Assembly: GCA_903825415.1 (NCBI GenBank)
Contig: CAIKAN010000051.1
Coordinates: 1 to 51,816 of the forward strand
Direction of reading: 5' to 3'
DNA: 51,816 bases
Source of the DNA: an uncultured bacterium
Lineage (GTDB): Bacteria; Patescibacteriota; Minisyncoccia; Phycocordibacterales; PALSA-1337
Position 1 is the first letter of the stretch. Every line of letters starts with the position of its first letter. Of the stretch, positions 8,177 through 17,387 are shown one piece after another. The position numbers were made by a program, and so were the translations under genes. The notes under the pieces are model-generated. The model had not been told where the DNA came from. It saw nothing but the letters and a program-made list of their open reading frames with translations, and did not search any database.

Positions 8177-9367
8177 TCAGATCTTCTCGGGCATCTTGAC
8201 CCAGCCGCCCTTCTTATTACTGCTCTTGACGCAGGTTTCGATGAAGGCGATGCCCATCCAGCCGTCTTCGATATTGGCGTATTTCGAACCATCATTGCCG
8301 GTATACTCGCCGGCATGCCACTTCCGCACATCAGCTTCGAAACAGCGATGCAGGCGGGCGAAGGCGTCGTGGAAGGCTTCGGGATGTCCCGCGGGAATGG
8401 TCGGTTCGGCCAAGAGGTCGGCCGGAATATCCTTGGGAATGAAACCATCGCCGGCTTTGACGTCACCACGCCAGTAGGTGCGATCGGGTTGATTTGGCAA
8501 AAGGATGGTCAATTGTTCAGGCTCCTCTTGCCGCCAACGAAGCGTGCCCTTGGTCCCAGCGATGACGATGCCCAGATCATTCTTGTAACCGATGCAGACT
8601 TGGGAAGCGCGCACCAGAGCCTTGCCACCGTTGCTCAGCTTGGCATAGATCGTGAAGTGATCGTCCAGTGGGCGGCCTTCAACGAAGGTTTCCATCTGGG
8701 CCGACAACTCGACGACATTGAGCCCGGTGACATAGCGGAGTTGCATGAGGGCGTGAGTGCCGATATCGCCGCCACAGCCGGAACCGCCAGCCATTTGGGG
8801 ATTGGTCCGCCAGGTCGCTTGCATCTGGCCGGTAGCTTCGAGCTTGGTCGCCAACCAGCCTTGGATGTAATAGCTGTCCACCCAACGGACTTCACCAAGT
8901 AAGCCGCTTTGGACGATGTAGCGCGACAGACGACTGGTCCAGTGACCGAGATAAGTGTGGGCGACACCGAAGGGGATATTCCTGTCCCTCACTTCTTTGA
9001 CCAACGCCCTGGCCTCCTTCGTGTTCAGGCAGAGCGGCTTTTCGCAGAAGACGGGGATGTTCGCCTTGATGGCCTTCATGGCCGGATCGAAGTGAACATG
9101 ATTGGGTGTGACGATGAGGATATAGTCGAGCTTTTTGTCCTCCGGAAGGGTGGCATTGGCATTGATCATCTCATCGTATGATCTGTATCCCTGGATGGGA
9201 TACGGCCATTTCGCAGCTTCTTACATGGCCACCTGTGGGTCCGGGAATAGCGCTCCCGCGGTTACCCGACGGGTGCCATCGAAGTGGATGGCTTTTTGAT
9301 GGGGTTGAACGATGAAGGCTCCTTTGCCTCCACCGACTAGTCCTACATTCAGGAGTCTTTTCGGCAT
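8177..9367 (-). pseudogene. Gfo/Idh/MocA-family oxidoreductase interrupted by one in-frame TAA
   Basis: Hand translation from ATG 9367: MPKRLLNVGLVGGGKGAFIV...FPDPQVAM*EAAKWPYPIQGYRSYDEMINANA..., continuing into ORF 8177-9169 in the same frame. The stop is at 9221-9223 and 1191 nt is 397 codons. Confidence 0.8.
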
Positions 9368-9548
9368 ACGGTGTCAGTTTGATTTCTCTGTGTCCCTGAC
9401 GAATCAGGTTGGAACTATTGAATTTTCAATTCCAGGAATGGTATAACACAGTTTTTGCAATAATGCAAAGCAAAAATGAAGGGCAACACAAAACTGAATC
9501 AAGTCAGAAAATAGAGGGCCAGTATTTCAATTAAGCGTGATACTACGG

Positions 9549-10013
9549 TTACCTCAAACTATAGAGATCATCTAATCTGACTAGAGCCCTGACCCTTTCG
9601 TCAGTGATCTTGTCCAAAGCCAGATGTCTGGGAAATAGATTATCCATATATACATCGTCGCTGTTGGCGGGAATGACGTATACATTTCCACATCCGCTTT
9701 CAGCTCCCAGCACAACTTTCATACCTTCTTGATCGAACCTGTTTAACAGTACATTTATAGGCGTGGAAAATCCGGGATAATCATCTTGTTCGGCTTTTAA
9801 TCTATCTCGAAGCCCTGATCTGGTTCCTGGAAAGGGGAAGGTCTCGTGGCTTTCGAATAGCTCCTTTGCTTTCTCGAGCAATAGAAATTTCACGCGCTCT
9901 TTTACGGGACGCACATCTTCGACAGTCGCATCTGTCACCATAAGCTGCTCGATCATCCTATCTGCAGCTTCATTTTCCAGAACGATGTTTGGGGCTCCTT
10001 CATTCATATTCAT
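9549..10013 (-). CDS. hypothetical protein (154 aa)
   Basis: ORF only. No family recognised. Confidence 0.5.
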   Translation of the reverse strand: MNMNEGAPNIVLENEAADRMIEQLMVTDATVEDVRPVKERVKFLLLEKAKELFESHETFPFPGTRSGLRDRLKAEQDDYPGFSTPINVLLNRFDQEGMKVVLGAESGCGNVYVIPANSDDVYMDNLFPRHLALDKITDERVRALVRLDDLYSLR

Positions 10014-10078
10014 GAACGTAATAGTACCCTATTCAGGTTATTAAATACAATCTTCCGTTCATTTGATAGAATAGATGC

Positions 10079-10666
10079 ATGAAAATCGAAAGACCCAGAT
10101 CCAATCAGCCCATCCCAGATGATGCGAAGCTAGTCTTCAAAGGGAAGATCTTCGACGTCTATCAATGGGAGCAGGAGATGTTCGATGGCAGCAAGGAGAT
10201 ATTCGAGAAATTGAAGAGGCCGGATACAGTCGTGATCTTTCCAGTCTTGCCGGACGGTAGGATCCTTCTCATAGAACAGGAACAGCCTGGAAAAGGGTCT
10301 TTTACAGATATTCCTGGTGGCCGAGTGGATGCTGGCGAAGGCATCCTCGATGCAGCCAAAAGGGAGCTTCTAGAGGAGAGCGGTTATGAGGCTGAGGAAT
10401 ATGTTCTGTGGAATTCGCGACATCCGACTAGCAAGATAGATTGGGTGGTCTATGTATTCATAGCGAAAAGACTGAAGAAGGTGTCCGATATGCATCTTGA
10501 TGCTGGCGAGAGGATCAAGCTAAAACCTGTCGCATTCGATGAATTCATAGAGATCGCCACGAAGGAAGGCAAGATCGCTGATATACAAGATGTCCTCTTG
10601 CAATTGATGGAAGCGAAGCTTGATCCGAAGAAGATGGAAGAGCTACGAAAGCTATTCGAATTATAA
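10079..10666 (+). CDS. NUDIX hydrolase
   Basis: Nudix box GGRVDAGEGILDAAKRELLEESGY (Gx5Ex7REUxEExGU). Confidence 0.85.
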   Translation: MKIERPRSNQPIPDDAKLVFKGKIFDVYQWEQEMFDGSKEIFEKLKRPDTVVIFPVLPDGRILLIEQEQPGKGSFTDIPGGRVDAGEGILDAAKRELLEESGYEAEEYVLWNSRHPTSKIDWVVYVFIAKRLKKVSDMHLDAGERIKLKPVAFDEFIEIATKEGKIADIQDVLLQLMEAKLDPKKMEELRKLFEL

Positions 10667-10718
10667 AAAGAGAAACCCACCAGCGAACTGAAGCCGGGAG
10701 GCTTCCTGTTCGGGCGGG
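10665..10718 (-). terminator. intrinsic terminator between convergent genes
   Basis: On the minus strand CCCGCCCGAAC...GTTCGCTGGTGGG, with an inner GAAGCC/GGCTTC hairpin, is followed by TTTCTCTTTTT. Confidence 0.65.
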
Positions 10719-10733
10719 TAATGGTGAGACGTA

Positions 10734-11306
10734 CTATGGAGTCATATCCAGCGCGCGGAAGAATTGATTTTCCGCGTCCGCATAGAACAAGACCATGGCG
10801 TTTGTTGTAGGCATCTGGCCCTCGAATAAGGCTTGCCAGTTTTTCAGGTTGGCACTGCCTTGAATTTGGTACGTGTGATTGGTGTTCGCCAACCACTCGA
10901 TGGAAACTACCCGGTGGATCGAGATCGGAACTTGTACGGGTGTAATCGGTCGTGTCCCATTGATGATCACGATGCTCACCGGAATGCTGTCGTAGTAGTT
11001 ATCGTAGATGACCAGGGTAAAGTTGGTATGACCTAAGTTACGATTCATCACGGTCCAATTGTAGCTCCCTGTGTTCGCCGTGTCGGCGGCTACCCAAGAA
11101 CCTTGGTCGGTCCCTGTCATATTGAGAGAGATCCAGACAGTTTCCGACCATTGATTGCTGGCGCATCGCCATTTGATTTCCATAGTGTCGCCGTTGTAAT
11201 AAACCTGGCCGTTCGTCGGTGACAGGATAGTCGTCGACTGCGCTTTCAGGTTGGAAGTTAGGGTGGTCGCGAACAGGATTGAGAGGAGCAGAGTTTTCAT
11301 TTTCAA
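10734..11306 (-). CDS. secreted protein with a Ser/Thr-rich Kre9/KNH-like N-terminal domain
   Basis: Signal peptide MKMKTLLLSILFATTLTSNLKAQ. The C-terminus (YQIQGSANLKNW...FFRAL) resembles that of the neighbouring 627-aa protein. Confidence 0.6.
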   Translation of the reverse strand: MKMKTLLLSILFATTLTSNLKAQSTTILSPTNGQVYYNGDTMEIKWRCASNQWSETVWISLNMTGTDQGSWVAADTANTGSYNWTVMNRNLGHTNFTLVIYDNYYDSIPVSIVIINGTRPITPVQVPISIHRVVSIEWLANTNHTYQIQGSANLKNWQALFEGQMPTTNAMVLFYADAENQFFRALDMTP

Positions 11307-11522
11307 GTTAATCGTCAGTTGTTGTTTGTTCTAGCCAAACTAGTTGGCCGTATCTCTCAAGGCGTGGGAATGCCCTCAGAGATACGGCTAACTCAATCAG
11401 TTATGTCAAAAATCAACTAGCCTAAACAATAGCATATGTGAATAGCAATGTCAAGTTATTGTGGGGTACAAAAATCGCGGAAGCAGGATGCTTCCGCGAG
11501 CGCGATAGGGGTAACGATCGCG

Positions 11523-13406
11523 TTACCAACTGACGATCCGATAGAACGCGTGGCCTTTAGCGGAGAAGTCGTTGTAGGCCGCATTGCCGAGCGGGTCGGT
11601 CGAGATGGCGCCGATCGTCGTCCATGCCTTGAGATCTGTGGTCGACTGGATCTCGAAGAGCGTATTCGGTTCGCTTGTGATGGTCAAGGCCGAATAGGCG
11701 ATCCCAGACGGTGCTTTGGTTCTCGAGACTTTGACTGAAGGCACGATATGGTGCACGGCCACATTCATGCTATTCAGAGCCGCTCGTGTGAGCGGTCCGA
11801 CAAAGCCGGTCGTGGGGATGCCATTGGCAGCTTGGAAGCCGATGACAGCCATCTTTGTCTCACTGCCGAAGTATCCTGTTTCAGGCGTGATGCCGAGAAA
11901 CCTCTGTAGGTAGATCACGTCGCTTCCTGTGCTGCCCAATGTCAGGTTGACATTGAATGTGAACATCTGTGCTTCCGCCGGAACGACGGTGACTGTCGAA
12001 CCGAACTGCACGGGGATCTGCACCTCGCTGCGTGTATGTGTGACGGTGCCGATCGCATCCAGTTGGATAGCTGCTCCATCGCACATATTGACGGTGAAGA
12101 CAGTCCCGATCGGGGTCGCACCTGAAGAGTCTGCTTTGATGCTCAAGTACGTCTCGCTGTCTTTCGGGATCAAGAGCGGAGCGCTCAGGGGGATCGCGAT
12201 AGCCAGATTCGTGTAGAGGGTCCCGTCGTTTTCGATGCTCAGGCAGTTCGTGCCGAGGTAGAGCCTGAAGTTACGGATGTTCGGGTAGACGCTACCATCC
12301 GAAATGCAGAATCTGACCGTCGGTACTAGCAGGTCTTCCGCCGAACCGTAGGTCATAAGGTCGAGACCGGCGATGGTCGCCTGTGTCGAGCCTTGAGGGA
12401 TGGTGATAGAGCCGCCGTCCGGGGTGACTACCGCATAGATCTGGGCCGTGTTGACGGGCACAAGATCGAAGTCCATGTCTCCCGACCATGGTTCGATCCG
12501 GAATCCGGAGGTAGCCCCTTCGAGCTCCCAAGAACTCAGATCGACTGGGGATGAGACTTGGATGAGCGAGTTGTGGTTGTAGCCATACCAGCTCAGCATC
12601 CCGTAGATCCGGTATTCGGAGTTCCCTTCGGGGAAGGTGACGGCGTTGGTGAAGGTGACCATCACGGTTCCATCTTCTCCATACCACGTGGGAGTCAGGG
12701 GTCCTGCCAGCACATTGCCGCTCGCGTCTGCGAGGGTTATATTGCTGATCGAACCGGATTCTCCGTAGAAGTTGCGAAAGAAGAATGTCATTCTTTTGGA
12801 AATGACGTCTTCATCGTCCCAAACATCGGCCGTGAACCGCCCTAGCTCCTGATGATCAACATTGACGAAGATCTCGCCGTTAGTCGACCGCTCCTGAGCC
12901 GTGAGCACGATATTGCCGATCTTGGGGGTTGTGGTGAATGTCACTGGTGATCCAACGATGGGTAATCCAGTGACAGTCGCACCGCTTCCAATTCCGATAA
13001 GCTTCAGGGATATGCTTTTTCCCGTGAAGACGTCCAGATCCGACCATGCCCTCAGCCATGCCGTACAGGCGATGGTTTTCTGAGCAGTGAAGTCGAAAGG
13101 GAAGCGCATGGTCGCAAAACCTCGGCCGTCGAAGAGGCACCTGCCTCGTTCGAGCCGATCTTCGTCGGTGATGAAGACGAGCTCGCCGAAGTTGTTATTC
13201 GGGAGGCTGCCTTCATACTCGAAGACAAAGTTGGTAATGTCGACCCATTCCCCGGTGAGCTCGAACTTGAGGAGGGGAACGACCGCTCTTTCGGGGATGA
13301 CGGAGGCTGTGGGGCTTTCAGGCGAGATCTTGACGTTGATTGTTTGGGCGAAGGTGAATAACCCCTGCAAAAGCAGGGCCAGCATGACTGCGAAGCACTT
13401 GTTCAT
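11523..13406 (-). CDS. large secreted protein with a peptidoglycan-binding (PG_binding_1) domain
   Basis: Signal peptide MNKCFAVMLALLLQGLFTFAQ. Also LGSTGSDVIYLQRFLG...GYFGSETKMAVIGFQAANGIPTTGFVGPLTRAAL. About 55% GC in a hand-counted line. Confidence 0.7.
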   Translation of the reverse strand: MNKCFAVMLALLLQGLFTFAQTINVKISPESPTASVIPERAVVPLLKFELTGEWVDITNFVFEYEGSLPNNNFGELVFITDEDRLERGRCLFDGRGFATMRFPFDFTAQKTIACTAWLRAWSDLDVFTGKSISLKLIGIGSGATVTGLPIVGSPVTFTTTPKIGNIVLTAQERSTNGEIFVNVDHQELGRFTADVWDDEDVISKRMTFFFRNFYGESGSISNITLADASGNVLAGPLTPTWYGEDGTVMVTFTNAVTFPEGNSEYRIYGMLSWYGYNHNSLIQVSSPVDLSSWELEGATSGFRIEPWSGDMDFDLVPVNTAQIYAVVTPDGGSITIPQGSTQATIAGLDLMTYGSAEDLLVPTVRFCISDGSVYPNIRNFRLYLGTNCLSIENDGTLYTNLAIAIPLSAPLLIPKDSETYLSIKADSSGATPIGTVFTVNMCDGAAIQLDAIGTVTHTRSEVQIPVQFGSTVTVVPAEAQMFTFNVNLTLGSTGSDVIYLQRFLGITPETGYFGSETKMAVIGFQAANGIPTTGFVGPLTRAALNSMNVAVHHIVPSVKVSRTKAPSGIAYSALTITSEPNTLFEIQSTTDLKAWTTIGAISTDPLGNAAYNDFSAKGHAFYRIVSW

Positions 13407-13609
13407 GTTTTGCTTGATTTACTGTCAATTTACTACTGAACTGCTTAAAGAATGGCTGCACTGAAGCGCAGCATTCATATGGAATCTATTAATGACCATA
13501 GCATGAAACATGTACAAATGTCAATTATGCTTGTATTTAGATTATTGGAGTAAGTATTTCTAAGCAAGAGCGGATTCCTAGTTAAACAGGACATTTTATC
13601 CTATAATCC

Positions 13610-15418
13610 ATGCACATGTTTCAAAGACGATACACCATCCAAGACTTCCTTGAAGTCTGCTCAGCCAGCAACCCTTCCTTCAATTTTGACGGAAGCAAGA
13701 TCTGCTATCTTTCCAATATCTCTGGCATGAATCAGATATATGTCGTTTCAAGCGGAGATGGCCAGGCTGAACAGATAACCTCGTATGAAGATCCAGTCTC
13801 CTTCGCCTCATTCTCGCCGGTAAAGGATGAGATCATCTTTGGTAAGTCTCATGGAGGCGATGAACAGACTCAGCTCTATCTATATTCTCTGGAAACAAAA
13901 ACAGTCAGAGCGCTCACTGATAATCCAAAGGTAAAATATAATCTCAGCCAATATTCTCGCGATGGGAGATTCATAGCCTATTCTCACAATGAGAGGAATG
14001 GTACGGACTTCGATGTTTGTATCATGGATATGGAAAGCGGAGCGGTAGAGTGCGTGTATGATAAAGGCGGCAGCTGCTATGCAGGAAGCTTTTCTCCCAA
14101 GAGCTCTTATTTGATCATCAGGAAGCAGTATTCGAATCTGGATGTAGATCTATATTTGTTATCGCTAAAAGATAAGAGTTTGAAGCTTTTAACACCACAT
14201 ACCGGCAGCGCATATTTTGGCAGCGTCTCATGGCTGCCTGATGAATCGGCTTTTTTCACAGTCTCCAATATGGGAAGGGATCTCATCGGGCTTTGCCGTT
14301 TCGACATGGCGAAGAGGGAGCTCTCATTCATCATGACTCCAAAATGGGATGTGGATGGAGCGGCTGTATCTTTCGACGGCAAGCTCCTCCTGATGACCGT
14401 GAATGAAGACGGCTATCAGAAGCTGAATATGTTCAAGGCTGATTCTCTGGAAAGGATCCCTCTCAAGGCCCTGTCAGAAAGGGGCACTGCCTATTCCGCT
14501 CGATTCTCCAAAGATTCGAAGCGGCTCGCCATGAGCATGGGCGATTCCAGACATACGACCGATGTTTGGACATATTCTCTGGAAGACCATGAATGTACCC
14601 AGATAACCCATAGCCGCCAAGGAGTGCCTCCAGAGGAATTAGTCGAGCCGGAGCTTTTCAGATACAAGTCTTTTGACGGCCTGACAATTCCCGCCTTTTT
14701 ATATCTTCCGAAGAATATCAAAGCCGGCGAGGAGATCCCTGTCGTGATAAACATACATGGAGGACCTGAATCTCAATACAAGCCTTCTTTTGCAACACTG
14801 ACCCAATTCTTTGTTTATCAGGGATATGCCGTCATTGCTCCGAATGTCAGAGGCAGCTCCGGCTACGGCAAGAAGTATCTGGCTCTCGATGATATCGAGA
14901 AGCGCTTGGATTCTGTTCACGATCTTGCCGCTCTCTATGACCATATGAAAACTATCGAGCAGCTTGATTGTAATAAGATCGCTTTGATGGGAGCGAGCTA
15001 TGGTGGCTATATGGTCCTGGCCGGCTTGGCTTTCTATCCAGATCTTTGGTCTGGGGGGATAGATATCGTGGGCATCTCCAATTTTATCACTTTCCTTGAA
15101 AAGACAGCACCATATCGAAGAGCTATGAGGGAGCCTGAATATGGTTCGTTGGAAAAGAATAGGGATCTGCTTCATTCCATCTCGCCTATCAATCATATCC
15201 AGAATATCAGAGCGCCCTTATTTATTATCCATGGCGCCAATGATCCTCGTGTTCCCTTGAATGAAGCGGAGCAGATAGTGAATAAGCTCAAGGATTTGGG
15301 AAGGGAAGCGGAGCTTCTCGTCTATGCCGATGAAGGGCACGGGCTTTCTAGGCTGAAGAATAGGTTGGATGCATATCCCAAGGTCGCGGACTTTCTGAAA
15401 AAGGTGTTTGCAAAATGA
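13610..15418 (+). CDS. S9-family serine peptidase (prolyl oligopeptidase / acylaminoacyl-peptidase type)
   Basis: N-terminal beta-propeller-like region. Catalytic GASYGGYM (GxSxGG), HGANDPRV and DEGHG motifs. Confidence 0.9.
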   Translation: MHMFQRRYTIQDFLEVCSASNPSFNFDGSKICYLSNISGMNQIYVVSSGDGQAEQITSYEDPVSFASFSPVKDEIIFGKSHGGDEQTQLYLYSLETKTVRALTDNPKVKYNLSQYSRDGRFIAYSHNERNGTDFDVCIMDMESGAVECVYDKGGSCYAGSFSPKSSYLIIRKQYSNLDVDLYLLSLKDKSLKLLTPHTGSAYFGSVSWLPDESAFFTVSNMGRDLIGLCRFDMAKRELSFIMTPKWDVDGAAVSFDGKLLLMTVNEDGYQKLNMFKADSLERIPLKALSERGTAYSARFSKDSKRLAMSMGDSRHTTDVWTYSLEDHECTQITHSRQGVPPEELVEPELFRYKSFDGLTIPAFLYLPKNIKAGEEIPVVINIHGGPESQYKPSFATLTQFFVYQGYAVIAPNVRGSSGYGKKYLALDDIEKRLDSVHDLAALYDHMKTIEQLDCNKIALMGASYGGYMVLAGLAFYPDLWSGGIDIVGISNFITFLEKTAPYRRAMREPEYGSLEKNRDLLHSISPINHIQNIRAPLFIIHGANDPRVPLNEAEQIVNKLKDLGREAELLVYADEGHGLSRLKNRLDAYPKVADFLKKVFAK

Positions 15419-15424
15419 TAATCT

Positions 15425-15466
15425 AAAAAAGACCGCCAGCGAACAGTTGAGTGTTCGGTCTGGCGG
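15425..15466 (-). terminator. intrinsic terminator between convergent genes
   Basis: On the minus strand CCGCCAGACCGAACA...TGTTCGCTGGCGGTC is followed by TTTTTT. Confidence 0.7.
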
Positions 15467-15501
15467 GGAAAGCGAGCGGAGCGGAGTGGGTGCGGCGGCG
15501 A

Positions 15502-15822
15502 TCAATTGCGGAACCTTCTGCGGATGTCTGGATCGATTAGGTCGATGCTGAGTACGAAGACGGCTATCCCTCCCAAGACGCTCATGATAAAGAAGACAAA
15601 GATTGCTCGTCGGTCATCAGTATCTGAGCTCTTATGGATCTGTATCAGTAAATCGCGCCGAAAGCTGGAATCTCTGGACTGGATGCGCATCAAGAGAATA
15701 ACGGCCAAGAATCCATGGAGGAGGTGGCAGAGCATCGCGCCTCTGATTTCCCATAACTCAATAGCCAAAATATAACTGGCAACTACCCCAGTCAAGACTA
15801 ACAGTTTAGCGATCAATTTCAT
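15502..15822 (-). CDS. hypothetical membrane protein
   Basis: 106 aa with three hydrophobic spans and its own terminator. Confidence 0.45.
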   Translation of the reverse strand: MKLIAKLLVLTGVVASYILAIELWEIRGAMLCHLLHGFLAVILLMRIQSRDSSFRRDLLIQIHKSSDTDDRRAIFVFFIMSVLGGIAVFVLSIDLIDPDIRRRFRN

Positions 15823-15961
15823 AAATAGAATGTGCTTTCAAAGCCCGCTTTGTTCGCTTAGTGGGCTGTTCGAGGTAACTTAAGCATGAAAACGTTTTGT
15901 ATGCCAATCGGACGTATATATTTTGCGTGTTTATTATTCGGATAGATGGAAGCTGTTCAAG

Positions 15962-16432
15962 TTAATTCAACTGCCAGATCGCAAAATTAAGATAACCAGC
16001 GAAGCTGACCCAAAGGAGATAGGGCAAGAGAAGCCAGACGGTCGGTCGAGAGATCTTGGCGAAGGAGATGATCGTGGCTAGAATGGCGAGCCAGAGCGAG
16101 ATGATCTCAATGAATGCCGCGCCGGGAGAATTCAAGTAGAAGAAGATGATCGACCAGAGCAGGTTGAGCGCCAGCTGGAAGCTAAAGATGCCTAGAGCGA
16201 TCTTGGCCGGCCTAGTATCGAAACCCTTCTTCCAGATTAGGAAAAGCGCTATGCCCATGAGAGCGAATAATATCGTCCACACCGGTCCAAAGATCCAATT
16301 GGGCGGAGCGATCTCTGGTTTTACGAGATAGGCATACCAACCAGCGATCGATGGCATGGTTAAGAAAGAGCCGATGATGCCTACTAGCTCTGCTATGACG
16401 ATAGAGACTATGAATTTGAGAGTGTTATTCAT
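15962..16432 (-). CDS. tspO: TspO/MBR family tryptophan-rich sensory protein
   Basis: Five TM spans with WYAYLVKPEIAPPNWIFGPVWTILFALMG and LNLLWSIIFF signatures. Confidence 0.9.
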   Translation of the reverse strand: MNNTLKFIVSIVIAELVGIIGSFLTMPSIAGWYAYLVKPEIAPPNWIFGPVWTILFALMGIALFLIWKKGFDTRPAKIALGIFSFQLALNLLWSIIFFYLNSPGAAFIEIISLWLAILATIISFAKISRPTVWLLLPYLLWVSFAGYLNFAIWQLN

Positions 16433-16502
16433 AGGATGATTTTAACATACTCTGCGATTTTATAGGGCGATTGCTTACGATCGCTAGTATCATAGTCCAT
16501 AA

Positions 16503-16964
16503 TCATCGATCCAACGATTCATTGATATCTTTGATTATCTCATCGAGCTTGTGATTGCTCTTTATGTAATATTTACTGACTCCGAGATCTACATAAGATT
16601 TGATAGTCTTGGAATTCTCTGTATTCGAGATGACGAAGATAGGGATCTTATTCCATAAGCCGCCATTGTTCTTGAGCTTCTTCATGAAATCTATTCCATT
16701 CTCTTTGCCGAGCAGATTGTGGTCCAGCCAGATCGCATCGATCTTCTCGAGGTCCTTCAAGTATTCGAGAGCTTCTTTAATGCTCTTCGAGGCGATGATG
16801 CCTAGGCCGTTCTGTTCCAGTCCGGCGTTGAAGACTTGATCGACGCTGCGCGCAGTGATGACACCAAATCCTTTTTTCATCAGGCGAGAATTAACGACTT
16901 CCAGAAGCGGCCGCTCATCTTCTATGACCAAGATGGTCTTTTTCTTATTTATATCTTTTTTCAT
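16503..16964 (-). CDS. single-domain response regulator (receiver only)
   Basis: ILVIEDERPLL...IDAIWLDHNL...IFVISN...K receiver pattern. Start moved to ATG 16964 (MKKDINKKK), which removes the overlap with the upstream gene. Confidence 0.8.
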   Translation of the reverse strand: MKKDINKKKTILVIEDERPLLEVVNSRLMKKGFGVITARSVDQVFNAGLEQNGLGIIASKSIKEALEYLKDLEKIDAIWLDHNLLGKENGIDFMKKLKNNGGLWNKIPIFVISNTENSKTIKSYVDLGVSKYYIKSNHKLDEIIKDINESLDR

Positions 16965-16974
16965 ATTTGGGTGG

Positions 16975-17382
16975 TTATTTCTCGGAATCATCTAGGAAGG
17001 CTTTCAAGTCTTTGACTATCTGATCTAGACGATGCTCGGCCTTTACGCAATATTTGCTGACCCCTAGGCTCATATATGATCGGACATTCCCGCTGCTTGC
17101 CGTATTCGAGACTATGAAGATAGGCATCTTGGCCCATTTACTTTTCGGGCCTTTGAGATAGGCCACGAAATCCAGCCCAGTCTTTTCGCCGGGCAGATAA
17201 TGGTCTAGCCATATCGCATCTATCTTTTCGATGTTCTCAAGATAATCTAACCCTTGGTCAATGGTCCTTGCCGTAACCACAATGAAACCGTTCGATTCTA
17301 GCTTTGTCTGGATAGCTTGGATGAGTGGTCTTTCATCCTCAATAACGAGTATGGTTTTAGTCATTTTTAGTTTATCTTTCAT
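16975..17382 (-). CDS. single-domain response regulator (receiver only), paralog of 16503-16964
   Basis: ILVIEDERPLIQ...IDAIWLDHYLPG...IFIVSN. Close similarity to its downstream neighbour. Confidence 0.85.
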   Translation of the reverse strand: MKDKLKMTKTILVIEDERPLIQAIQTKLESNGFIVVTARTIDQGLDYLENIEKIDAIWLDHYLPGEKTGLDFVAYLKGPKSKWAKMPIFIVSNTASSGNVRSYMSLGVSKYCVKAEHRLDQIVKDLKAFLDDSEK

Positions 17383-17387
17383 GGATT

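Noticed and set aside
8125-13140. Numerous ORFs of 60-195 aa antisense or out of frame within the oxidoreductase and the 627-aa secreted protein (for example 8315-8902, 8635-8967, 12292-12687 and 12558-12845).
   Set aside because: These are shadow ORFs, typical of higher-GC coding DNA. The long ORFs on the opposite frame carry recognisable domains.
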